NCBI GenBank assembly: GCA_019057635.1
Contig: DXJL01000190.1
Coordinates: forward strand, 1-33,282
Origin: Candidatus Heimdallarchaeota archaeon
GTDB taxonomy: Archaea; Asgardarchaeota; Heimdallarchaeia; Hodarchaeales; Hodarchaeaceae
Length of the DNA stretch: 33,282 bases
Direction of reading: 5' to 3'
The notes beneath the pieces are model-generated. The model had not been told where the DNA came from. It did not search any database and saw only the letters and a program-made list of their open reading frames with translations. Below are positions 18,715 through 28,270 of this stretch, one piece after another (within the stretch, counting starts at the first letter, position 1; each line of letters begins with the position of its first letter). The translations under genes were made by a program, and so were the position numbers.

Positions 18715-19240
18715 TTAAAGCTATTACCTACATCTTTTGTGTACGATGAGGTCATAGAATAGACTAGATCTCCCAAAATACTATTTTTCATCTATATACA
18801 GAGAATGTGTAAACGACTAATCATACTTCCAACTTCTCCGCTACTTTCTATCTCTTTGTTTGGTTCGTGTTGTAACTGAACTATTAGAGTTCAGTCTAGT
18901 TTGATTCATCAACATTTCTGATGTGCATTTTGTATATTTTGTAACTTTTTGATGATAAAATATAGATATATTTTTTAATAGTAATAATTGTTTGTATTAT
19001 TGTATTCATTAACACATGAGCGTCTTTATCGGCGGTAATACAGGGAACTTTCTACTTTAATAATAATCTAACCTTAGGTTGAATTATAGTATACTGAAAA
19101 TATCACTTTGGTCAAAATGGGATCGCTTTGAGAATACCAAATCGAACGGAAACAAAAAGACGCCATTTAGAAGGAATATATGATTCTCTCGTTTTGTAGA
19201 GTTGAAGAAAAAGGAATAATACGAGAAGAGTGTCAAATAA

Positions 19241-20149
19241 ATGAAATTTACTAAGACTAAAGTTATTATACTTATATTTACCGTATTTTTATCAGCAGGT
19301 TTTATTGGTACAAGTGCCCTGGGAGGAACGAATTCAGTTACTCAATCAGCAACTGGATTTATTGCCCCGAAAGTTTTGACAAACGTTAGCCTAAATGATG
19401 GTTTAATATCTGAATTTTGGGTAAACATTACCTCTTATCAAAATATTTCAGAATATGGAGAAGGAGGGTTCGTCAAATTTGCAAATAATGCAACTCATTT
19501 ATACTCCCTACTCGTCTTTCCAAAAGACAGTGATTGGGTATCGGTAGAATTTGAACCAGAACCTGAAGCGTGTATGACGAACTTAAATGATGGATGGAGT
19601 TTTTATACAAGTGAATCACCTGATTCCGTTGATGCTAAAGATGTAAAATTTGTTGGGGCCCGTAAACCTGAAAATGATATACAAAAAAATCTTGCTACTG
19701 AGAATATCTTTGTTGGAAATCTAGCTTATGTTGAGTTAGTTCGTCCATTCGATACTGGAGATACCGACGGATTTGATATCACCTTCTCAAATGGAAGCCT
19801 TAACATGTTACAATTTGCATCTAAGGCTGATCACTTTGGAGCTCATACTGATTATTATCTAATCGTTACTGTTATTGATCCAGTTATAGGAGAAGTACCT
19901 GATGAGGAAGATTCTGTTATCGATGATATCCTGTCGTCATCACTACCTACTGGTGTTAATCTTGGCCAAATAAAATTCCTCTTATTAGGAGTAACTCCTG
20001 CAGGTGTATTTGTCTTCATTATATTGCATGCTATCCGTCGTGTTTTCACGAGTCCCATTCAACATGGTTATGAAAGAGTGGTGAGCAGTTCCCATAAACC
20101 ACCAACCTTCATGGAACGCTGGCGAGAAACTTTTACTTCGGAAGATTGA
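19241..20149 (+). CDS. Secreted, C-terminally anchored DOMON-type putative heme-binding protein
   Basis: Signal peptide, DG...E.W, HLY, WVSVEF...M....D, ELVRPFDTGD, late His pair HFGAH, several N-x-S/T sequons, acidic linker and one C-terminal TM helix. Confidence 0.65.
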   Translation: MKFTKTKVIILIFTVFLSAGFIGTSALGGTNSVTQSATGFIAPKVLTNVSLNDGLISEFWVNITSYQNISEYGEGGFVKFANNATHLYSLLVFPKDSDWVSVEFEPEPEACMTNLNDGWSFYTSESPDSVDAKDVKFVGARKPENDIQKNLATENIFVGNLAYVELVRPFDTGDTDGFDITFSNGSLNMLQFASKADHFGAHTDYYLIVTVIDPVIGEVPDEEDSVIDDILSSSLPTGVNLGQIKFLLLGVTPAGVFVFIILHAIRRVFTSPIQHGYERVVSSSHKPPTFMERWRETFTSED

Positions 20150-20217
20150 TATCAAGCAAAAGATAAAATTCTCTTATGTTAAATCACATAATTATCTACT
20201 TTTAGGTGATACAGCGT

Positions 20218-20940
20218 ATGTCTAAGACAGAAACATCAAAAACAGAGAAGAAAACAAAGATTCCAGAAAATCTTTTAGTTGTTGAAAGGTATAAACGTTC
20301 CCAGCGAATTCATCATTGGATTCATGTTATCCTTATGGTCTTCTTCCTTTTTACAGGTTTCGAGCTATTTATTAAGATGTATTTTGTGGGTGATTATTAC
20401 ACTACTAGAACACTACATCTTATCTTTAGTGCATTTATAGGATTTTTGGATCTAATAATATTCCCTGTAATCGTTATCAAATTCAAGAAGTATGGTGAAA
20501 TTATTCCTACCCCAAGAGACTTTCTCGATATGTTCATCATTTTTCTCTGTGCAATCAGGATTCTCCCTGACTCAAAATATCCCCATTATGACTATTATAA
20601 TGTTGATGAGAAGAAGTATGTTATGAAATACCATCCTGCTCAAAAAGTTCTTTCCTTGACCAACCTCCTTGCGATATTTGCAATGGGTGTTACAGGAGTG
20701 GTACTTTCAGAGCAGATAAATCCTGGATATGTTCCGAGTATTATTGTTGACATTTTTAATCTAATCTTACTACCCTTGGATTGGTTTGCCATTGATATTC
20801 GTTTAGTCCATTTCTTTGTATTTTTATACTTCCTTATGACCACAATGGTTCACTTCTACTTCGCGATCATTCCACAAAATCGTGAACGACTACGGGGAAT
20901 GGTCACAGGGAAAGAAAAGATTCCACTTAAGGAAAAATGA
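20218..20940 (+). CDS. Di-heme membrane cytochrome b (FdnI/HyaC-like)
   Basis: QRIHHWIH, RTLHL, KYHPAQK (YNxxQK-like), RLVHF...VHFY, LRGMVTG. ATG at 20218 after AGGTGA. Confidence 0.85.
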   Translation: MSKTETSKTEKKTKIPENLLVVERYKRSQRIHHWIHVILMVFFLFTGFELFIKMYFVGDYYTTRTLHLIFSAFIGFLDLIIFPVIVIKFKKYGEIIPTPRDFLDMFIIFLCAIRILPDSKYPHYDYYNVDEKKYVMKYHPAQKVLSLTNLLAIFAMGVTGVVLSEQINPGYVPSIIVDIFNLILLPLDWFAIDIRLVHFFVFLYFLMTTMVHFYFAIIPQNRERLRGMVTGKEKIPLKEK

Positions 20941-21107
20941 TACTTATCATCATTTTCTTTCCTCTCTTTTCCAATCTAATGAATTATTGATGTAATCACA
21001 TTCAATTTGTAAACTTTACACTGATTTATATGTAAAAAATGTTAAATAATTGTAAAAAACCCGTAGTCTTTTTATAGCACCCTTTTCCAATTATTAAATG
21101 ATTAATT

Positions 21108-21773
21108 GTGTTTAACAGGGAAAATCCTTCTATTATTAATAATCAAAACGTCAGTTTTCTATTTTCTTTCCTTTTTGCAGTCACCTTACCACTTCTTCAA
21201 TTGAGCTCATCCTTATTTTCTATTGCTTTCAATATCCTTTTTTTCCCCTTCACATTGATCCACGAGTTAGGCCACTATATAATCGCTGTTCTTTTCTTTC
21301 CCAAACAAAATCCCCAAATACACTTTCATACCTTTAAGGAAGGTTTGACATGTGGATGTGTGACAATTGGGGCGATTGAAAATAGTTGGGGATCAATACT
21401 TTTATTAGTATCGGGATCATTTGCCGTGATACTGACTATAATCTTAAGTACCCTAATTATAAGGAGAACAAGTAAAACTACAACTCTCTATGTTCAAAAA
21501 TATTTTCTCTTTGGATTATTATTTGATCTTCCGAATCTCTTCCCTACCTATCCTACAGAAGGTATCGTTACGGATGGTTTTAGGATGTGGCTTGTTCTTC
21601 ATGATATAATAAATCTCCCTTACCCAACTTATCAGTTTTCTTTATTATTTACTGCAATTGCTACAGTTATTACATTCTACTCCATTTTTTACCTTGGATG
21701 CTTTTTATATCATATCTTTGCCATTCCTGTGGTAAAATTGCATAGACCCACAGAAAATCCGACAGTAGTATAA
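21108..21773 (+). CDS. M50-family intramembrane zinc metalloprotease
   Basis: HELGH inside a hydrophobic segment and NLFP...TDG (NPDG-like third ligand). Multiple TM helices. Confidence 0.75.
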   Translation: MFNRENPSIINNQNVSFLFSFLFAVTLPLLQLSSSLFSIAFNILFFPFTLIHELGHYIIAVLFFPKQNPQIHFHTFKEGLTCGCVTIGAIENSWGSILLLVSGSFAVILTIILSTLIIRRTSKTTTLYVQKYFLFGLLFDLPNLFPTYPTEGIVTDGFRMWLVLHDIINLPYPTYQFSLLFTAIATVITFYSIFYLGCFLYHIFAIPVVKLHRPTENPTVV

Positions 21774-21948
21774 ACTTCTATTCGTACACTCTTTTCGGAA
21801 AAAAAGATTTATGACTAAAAAGATTCATTCCCTAATCTGAGCAAACGTTTCAAATTCGTTTATATTCCCTAACAGAAACGCGTTTAATTTATTCGGGATA
21901 GTAGGATACTTGTGACTATTTCGAATTTAACTCCATAAATCGTGAAAT

Positions 21949-22428
21949 ATGATGCCTAAAGAAGACTATCTTATCTCAATTTTCCGAAAAGATGATTGTA
22001 AACGTCTTATCCGTTCCGAACTAAATGCTTTACCTGAATCTGCATCAATAAGGGAAGCAATCGATGCTTTAAGATCTCAATGGTCTAGTTATGTCTGTAT
22101 ACTAGATGAGGAAAAGAAATTACTGGGTATTATCACAGAGCGTGATATTCTTCGGTATATTGGTTCTGGAACTCTTGATGAGAAAGCCCTAGCAATATCT
22201 ATTATGAATACTGACTACCATACTATTGAGTGTCAAGAATCTATTGCACAAATTGCATTAACCCTACATAAAAATACGTTTATGCATTTACCAATTCTAG
22301 ATGAAGGCAATCTTATCGGGATCGTTTCTGCTCGTGATTTTATTCATTATTTGGTAGAGTACTTTGCAGAGAGTGTTCATACTCTAAAACCAGCTCAACC
22401 GACACAGGACCGGAGAGAAGGAGCATAA
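21949..22428 (+). CDS. CBS-pair protein
   Basis: LLGIITERDIL and HLPILDEGNLIGIVSARD. Confidence 0.9.
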   Translation: MMPKEDYLISIFRKDDCKRLIRSELNALPESASIREAIDALRSQWSSYVCILDEEKKLLGIITERDILRYIGSGTLDEKALAISIMNTDYHTIECQESIAQIALTLHKNTFMHLPILDEGNLIGIVSARDFIHYLVEYFAESVHTLKPAQPTQDRREGA

Positions 22429-22475
22429 CTGCTTTCTATGCTGATTCATGCTATGTAGATATTTAATGAGGTAAA

Positions 22476-24380
22476 TTGATGGAAGAAGTTCAAAAACTGA
22501 AGAAAGAAAACAAAAATCGTCCCTATAAGTCCAAACAAACATTAGAACGAGTGGTCATCCGTCTAGCTGGGGATAGCGGCGATGGAATGCAATTAGCTGG
22601 TTTAAAGTTTACTTCCGCTTCTGTTATGCTGGGAAATGATGTTTCTACCTTTCCTGATTATCCAGCAGAGATTCGAGCTCCTCAAGGGACTCTAGCAGGT
22701 GTGTCAGGATTCCAAATACACTTTTCTTCAACAGAAATTTATACTCCTGGTGATCGTCTTGACACATTAGTCGCAATGAATCCAGCTGCATTGAAGGTCA
22801 ATATTGGAGATCTAAAATCAAACGGAATCTTAATTTGTGATAAAGACTCATTTACACCAAGAACATTAGCCAAAGCTGGGTATACGTCAAATCCATTGGA
22901 AGATGATTCATTACAAAATTATCGTCTATTTTCAGTTAATATAACAAAATTTAACAAAGAAACAGTCAGTAAAATAGAGGGAATGACTGGAAAACAGATT
23001 AATTTGACACGAAACTTTTTCGCATTAGGTTTGATCTCTTGGTTATATGATAGACCGCTTGATACAACAATTAAATGGATTAAATCTAAATTTAAAAATC
23101 GTCCTAACATTGTAGAAGCCAACACTAATACTCTTAAAGCGGGATACTATTTTGGAGAAACCAATGAATTCTTAGCGATTCAGTATTCTGTACCCAAAGC
23201 AACTATGGAGCCAGGTCTGTATAGGTATATATCAGGAACACAAGCCTTAGCTCTAGGGCTAGCTACTGCCGCTCAACTAGCAAAGAAAGAATTATTCTTC
23301 GGAGCATATCCTATTACACCTGCAAGTGATATTTTACATGAATTAGTCCGATTAAGAGGATATGGTATCAAAACTTTTCAAGCCGAAGATGAAATTGCCG
23401 CAATTGGGTCAATTATTGGTGCTGCGTTTGGGGGAAGTATAGGTGTAACAGGTACATCAGGACCTGGATTGGCATTAATGAGTGAAGCCCTCGGACTAGC
23501 CGTAATAACAGAATTACCTATCGTATTAATAAATGTGCAGCGAGCAGGGCCTAGCACAGGTATGCCGACAAAACCAGAACAAAGCGACCTTTTACAAGTC
23601 CTATTCGGGAGGAATGGAGAATCACCTTTACCAGTATTAGCCCCTCAATCTCCAGGAGACTGTTTTGATCTTAGCATAGAAGCGGTTAGAATTGCTGTAA
23701 AATATATGACACCTGTAGTCCTTCTCTCAGATGCTTATCTAGCAAACAATATAGATCCTTGGAAAATTCCAAATTTAGACGATCAATCACCCATTGAGGT
23801 TTTCCATCTTACAAAATCACTTGAAAGCGGGAATGACCGCTTTACTCCTTATAGCAGAAATGAACATTTGTCAAGACCATATGTGCTACCTGGTACCAAA
23901 GGCTTAGAACACCGCATAGGAGGATTAGAAAAAGAGAAAATTACAGGAGATGTGAGTTATGATCCTCTTAACCACGAAGAAATGGTAAATCTGAGAGAAC
24001 AAAAAATCTCGGGAATCGTTAAAGAATTCCCTCTTCAAGAAGTATACGGACCGGCAGAAGGGGATGTACTGGTCTTATCTTGGGGATCAACTCACGGTGC
24101 TGCTCATACTGCCAGCGAAAATTTAAGAAATGAAGGTTTCTCTGTAGCAAATACGAATTTACGTTTTATTAACCCATTACCATCCAACCTCGGAGATATT
24201 CTAGGTTCTTTCAAGCGTATACTCATACCCGAAATGAATAAAGGACAGCTCCACTTAATTATACAGGCTCGGTACTCTGTCAGAGCAAAAAGCCTAACTA
24301 AAGTGCAAGGTAAACCTTTTCATGTTGACGAGATTGAAGCACTAATTAGAAAAATAATTGCAGGTATTAATCATGACTGA
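22476..24380 (+). CDS. korA: 2-oxoacid:ferredoxin oxidoreductase alpha subunit (gamma-alpha fusion)
   Basis: AGDSGDGMQ, YPAEIR, YPITP, QAEDE, TSGPG, QRAGPSTGMPTK, EMNKGQ. Confidence 0.93.
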   Translation: MMEEVQKLKKENKNRPYKSKQTLERVVIRLAGDSGDGMQLAGLKFTSASVMLGNDVSTFPDYPAEIRAPQGTLAGVSGFQIHFSSTEIYTPGDRLDTLVAMNPAALKVNIGDLKSNGILICDKDSFTPRTLAKAGYTSNPLEDDSLQNYRLFSVNITKFNKETVSKIEGMTGKQINLTRNFFALGLISWLYDRPLDTTIKWIKSKFKNRPNIVEANTNTLKAGYYFGETNEFLAIQYSVPKATMEPGLYRYISGTQALALGLATAAQLAKKELFFGAYPITPASDILHELVRLRGYGIKTFQAEDEIAAIGSIIGAAFGGSIGVTGTSGPGLALMSEALGLAVITELPIVLINVQRAGPSTGMPTKPEQSDLLQVLFGRNGESPLPVLAPQSPGDCFDLSIEAVRIAVKYMTPVVLLSDAYLANNIDPWKIPNLDDQSPIEVFHLTKSLESGNDRFTPYSRNEHLSRPYVLPGTKGLEHRIGGLEKEKITGDVSYDPLNHEEMVNLREQKISGIVKEFPLQEVYGPAEGDVLVLSWGSTHGAAHTASENLRNEGFSVANTNLRFINPLPSNLGDILGSFKRILIPEMNKGQLHLIIQARYSVRAKSLTKVQGKPFHVDEIEALIRKIIAGINHD

Positions 24381-25407
24381 TGAAGAAAACACACTCATAC
24401 CATCACCAGTGTTATCACCTAAAGATTTTGATTCAGGATTTGACGTTCGATGGTGCCCTGGTTGTGGGGATTACGCAATACTTGCGAACCTAAAGCGTGT
24501 ACTCCCAACACTGGGTATTCCTAAGGAGAACTTTGTGGTGGTCAGTGGGATTGGATGTAGCAGTCGCTTTCCGTACTATTTGGATACTTATGGGATGCAT
24601 ACAATCCATGGGAGAGCTCCAACGATTGCCACTGGTCTCAAATGTAGTAGACCCGATCTGTCAGTATGGGTTGTAACTGGCGATGGGGATGGACTTTCTA
24701 TTGGAGGGAATCATTTAATGCATGCAATCCGGAGAAATGTTGATATCAAGATCCTTCTCTTTAATAATCAGATATACGGTCTTACTAAAGGGCAATATTC
24801 CCCCACAACAAAGCAATCGAAACGGACCAAATCTTCTCCTACAGGTTCAATTGATTATCCAGTTAATCCAATTTCTTGGGCTTTAGGCGCGGAAGCGACT
24901 TTCATCGCAAGGACAATTTTTCAGTATCCTGATCATATGAAGGAAGTCCTTCGTCGTGCTGCAGAGCATAAAGGTGTAAGTTTTGTTGAAATTTATCAAA
25001 ACTGCATAATATTTAATGATGGAGCTTTTCGTTATGCCACTGATAAAGAAATGCGCTACGACAATATTTTTGAATTAGAACATGGAAAACCCATGAAATT
25101 TGGACGTGATCAAGAGAAAGGAATCTTTTTGCACGGCCTTACTCCTAAAGTGATTAATTATAAACAAGCGGGATTTGATGAAACTGATCTGTTGCATCAT
25201 AATGAAAATGCACAGGAATCGACCCTTGCTTTCTTCTTATCACGAATGCGATATCCTGAATTTCCTGAACCGATAGGTATTTTTAGAGCAATTCAGAAAC
25301 CGACTTACAATGATCTGCTTGACAAACAGATGGAAGAAGCAAAGAAATCCGTCACCAAACCATTACAGGACATCATTAACGGAGAAGAAAATTGGATGGT
25401 AACATGA
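24373..25407 (+). CDS. korB: 2-oxoacid:ferredoxin oxidoreductase beta subunit
   Basis: WCPGCGD, SGIGCS, HTIHGR, TPP motif GDGD...NNQIYGLTKGQ. The ATG at 24373 overlaps the korA stop (ATGACTGA). Confidence 0.93.
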   Translation: MTDEENTLIPSPVLSPKDFDSGFDVRWCPGCGDYAILANLKRVLPTLGIPKENFVVVSGIGCSSRFPYYLDTYGMHTIHGRAPTIATGLKCSRPDLSVWVVTGDGDGLSIGGNHLMHAIRRNVDIKILLFNNQIYGLTKGQYSPTTKQSKRTKSSPTGSIDYPVNPISWALGAEATFIARTIFQYPDHMKEVLRRAAEHKGVSFVEIYQNCIIFNDGAFRYATDKEMRYDNIFELEHGKPMKFGRDQEKGIFLHGLTPKVINYKQAGFDETDLLHHNENAQESTLAFFLSRMRYPEFPEPIGIFRAIQKPTYNDLLDKQMEEAKKSVTKPLQDIINGEENWMVT

Positions 25408-25472
25408 TCTAGTTAATATCTTGAAAAATGATCAGAATTTTATACAACAATACGGAAACGGAAGAAACTAAG

Positions 25473-25985
25473 ATGATCTGTCCAGCCTGTGGCTACAAAA
25501 ATCTACCTGGGATATCAGTTTGTGAAAACTGTAGCACTGATTTAACTTATTTCGAGGAGCCTAAACCAGTAACAGAATCCAAAATAGAAAGAGCTATCAT
25601 GAAAGATAAGCTAGATCAAATTTGTAAAGAAAAATCAATAGCAATTAAAGTACCTCCCGCGATGATGATACGCGAAGTAATAGATGTGATGCTTAAGAAT
25701 CAAAAATGCTCCGTTGTCGTCATGGAAGATAATATAATTAGAGGAATCTTTACAGAACGATCTTTACTTAAACGAGTATGTGGGGATTCACCTATTAATA
25801 TTGATAGACCTATAGCAGAAGCAATGTTACAGGATCCTGAAATACTAAGCTCAAGTGACTGTGTAGTAGATGCTCTTCATATGATGGAAGTCGGCGGGTA
25901 TACATATGCTATTATAGAGGGAGATCCTTTGCGTGTGTTGAATATCAAAGATATCCTAGAATATATTATTGAATTAGAGGTATAA
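25473..25985 (+). CDS. Zinc-ribbon plus CBS-pair protein
   Basis: MICPACGYKNLPGISVCENC followed by CBS motifs (GIFTERSLL, LNIKDIL). The ORF track start is 25428. Confidence 0.85.
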   Translation: MICPACGYKNLPGISVCENCSTDLTYFEEPKPVTESKIERAIMKDKLDQICKEKSIAIKVPPAMMIREVIDVMLKNQKCSVVVMEDNIIRGIFTERSLLKRVCGDSPINIDRPIAEAMLQDPEILSSSDCVVDALHMMEVGGYTYAIIEGDPLRVLNIKDILEYIIELEV

Positions 25986-26059
25986 AAAACTGCAAATCAC
26001 CTTTCTTCGAGAATAATATCGAATAATACATACTCTTTGATGAAATTCTCTAATATCAA

Positions 26060-26455
26060 ATGAAGGACAAAGTCACCCGTTTAGATAAAGAATGGTGAGA
26101 AAAATTATCTCTGGAACGTTTTCACATCCTAAGAGAAAAGGGTACCGAGCGAGCCTTTAGTGGAGAATTTTGGAATCATTATAAACTAGGCCAATATCGT
26201 TGTGCAGGCTGTGAAAGCGCATTATTCTCTTCTGAAACCAAATTTGAATCTAATTGTGGATGGCCAAGCTTCTCTAATTCCCTGGATGATGTTATTGATG
26301 AAAAGAGAGATACTAGTCATGGAATGAAACGCACCGAAGTCCTTTGTAAAAACTGTGGAGGACACTTAGATCACGTCTTTGAAGACGGTCCTAAAGAAAC
26401 GGGAGGTTTACGTTATTGTATTAATTCCCTCTCTCTAAAATTCAAAGAAAAATAA
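26060..26455 (+). pseudogene. msrB: Methionine-R-sulfoxide reductase MsrB with in-frame TGA at codon 13 (not in the ORF track)
   Basis: MKDKVTRLDKEW*EKLSLERFHILREKGTERAFSG...CAGC...KFESNCGWPSF...RTEVLCKNCGGHLDHVFEDGP...LRYCINS. TGA at 26096-26098. The family call is firm; pseudogene status is less certain. Confidence 0.8.
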
Positions 26456-26657
26456 GCTTCGCGGTGGTAAATTGATATTTAAGACTTATGCCAAGTGAAT
26501 AATTATGAATGAAAGAATCAAAATAAGATCACAACCCTTTTGAACATGGATTTCTAGATCCTTTCTCCAAACGACATAAGGATGGTCACTCGGCTAAAGA
26601 AGCGTAGAAAACAAACAGTTTCTTTTTTCAACAAATACATTTAAACAGCCGTTATAT

Positions 26658-27476
26658 TTATTTGACTTCTGGTTTTGTGGCTTTCAATGTGAAAGTTAGA
26701 GGAATTTTCTGATATTTATCAGGTAAATGCCACCATCCCTTTTTTTCTTCGAGAAAAGGAAACATCTTCCATGAGACAAAAGGATACTCATTAATAAAAT
26801 CAATTCGTAATCCTGCATCTATTAAGTTATTAACAATATAACCCAGGTCATGTACCCATCCGTATTCTTTTGTGTTCTTTATTTTCACTTCTCCACTTGC
26901 ATATGACTCATCGTAATCGAATTCTAAGGGTTCTGCGAGATGGAAATAGGGGTAGAGTATTTTGAAATCGTCTTCATTTTCATCATCAAAAATCATCGCC
27001 ATTGGATGACCTTCTGCAATATAGAAGAACCCTCCTGGCTTCAAGTAATACTCGATTTGATGTGCCCATTTTTTCAATTCAGGAAGCCAGGTTATCGCTC
27101 CGTGACTTGTAAACACAATATCAAAAGAATTTGCAGGTAGTTCAGACTGATCTAGTTTTTCAATTTCTGACTGAATGAAGGTCGCATTTATCCCGACCTC
27201 TTTGCTTAACTGTGATGCTAATTCGATTGCTTTGACAGAAAAATCAACACCTGTAACCTGAGCTCCCAATCTTGCCCATGAAAGTGTATCTTTGCCAAAA
27301 TGGCATTGTAAATGTAATAAATTTTTTCCATTTACATCCCCAACTTCCTTAACTTCTAGATCACTTATAGAAACACCTCCTTCCCGGAACTTCTCAACAT
27401 TATAATATTCACTTTTAAAATGAACGTCCGCTAGTTCATTCCATCGTTTTCTATTTGCTTTTATATAGTCCTTCAT
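26658..27476 (-). CDS. Class I SAM-dependent methyltransferase
   Basis: NR..W, LLHLQCHFGKDTLS, GVDFS, FDIVFTS, LKPGG. Likely start at 27476; the ORF track start is 27503. Confidence 0.9.
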   Translation of the reverse strand: MKDYIKANRKRWNELADVHFKSEYYNVEKFREGGVSISDLEVKEVGDVNGKNLLHLQCHFGKDTLSWARLGAQVTGVDFSVKAIELASQLSKEVGINATFIQSEIEKLDQSELPANSFDIVFTSHGAITWLPELKKWAHQIEYYLKPGGFFYIAEGHPMAMIFDDENEDDFKILYPYFHLAEPLEFDYDESYASGEVKIKNTKEYGWVHDLGYIVNNLIDAGLRIDFINEYPFVSWKMFPFLEEKKGWWHLPDKYQKIPLTFTLKATKPEVK

Positions 27477-27510
27477 ACCCAAACCTTCGAGATTCTTAAT
27501 CATTTATTGT

Positions 27511-28071
27511 TTACTTATTAATTCTAAGTTTGTGGCTATATTTCTGTTGAACCTTTGATATTTTTGGTGAGATGACAAAGGTACAATAAGATTGAGTGGG
27601 ATTATTCATGAAGTAATTTTGATGATAATCCTCTGCTGGATAGAATATTTCTAATGGAGTCAATTCTGTCACAATTGGTTTTTTCCAACTATTCTTTTGT
27701 TCCAAAACTTTGATTGCATGGACAATTTTCTCTCTTTGATCATCTGAATGGTAAAAAATGACCGATCTGTATTGGGAACCTATATCATTCCCTTGTCTAT
27801 TAAGTTGTGTTGGATCATGAATAGTGAAAAAGATTTCTAATATTTCGTAAAAGGAAATTATCATTGGATCGAAATTGATTTGTACAACTTCAGCATGGCC
27901 AGTTGTACCTGAACACACTTGTTCATATGAAGGATTTATCACTTTTCCACCCGAATAACCAGAAATTACCTTATAAATCCCTTGTAGTTCAGAAAAAACT
28001 GCTTCTAAGCACCAAAAGCATCCACCACCAAGAGTAGCTACTGATGTATTTCCATTTTTTGTCATAAACAA
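27511..28071 (-). CDS. msrA: Peptide-methionine (S)-S-oxide reductase
   Basis: GGCFW, YEQVCSGTTGHAE, HDPTQLNRQGND.GSQYRS, FYPAEDYHQNY. Confidence 0.97.
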   Translation of the reverse strand: MFMTKNGNTSVATLGGGCFWCLEAVFSELQGIYKVISGYSGGKVINPSYEQVCSGTTGHAEVVQINFDPMIISFYEILEIFFTIHDPTQLNRQGNDIGSQYRSVIFYHSDDQREKIVHAIKVLEQKNSWKKPIVTELTPLEIFYPAEDYHQNYFMNNPTQSYCTFVISPKISKVQQKYSHKLRINK

Positions 28072-28270
28072 TTATCCTCAATATTTAGAAGTAGAATCCA
28101 CTAGTTGATGATAATTTACTTACGATATCAAAAAGAGTAAAATTTTTTTTTTTACCAATGGGACTCATAAATTTTGGAATTCAAAAATATTCTACGCATC
28201 ATAAATAAAATTGTAGTTTATTACCAGTTTCATGTACTATTTAAATTATCTAATCAACCCTTCCTTCGTC

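Noticed and set aside
18715-19240. Hidden or degraded ORF, or amber recoding, in the long intergenic gap
   Set aside because: The frames I read by hand are short, with mixed stop codons and no recognisable protein similarity.
26456-26640. Possible SECIS element for the msrB TGA (ATGA...AA...GA words near 26505-26548)
   Set aside because: I could not build a convincing stem by eye, and the TGA is not at a Cys-homologous site. A covariance-model search would settle it.
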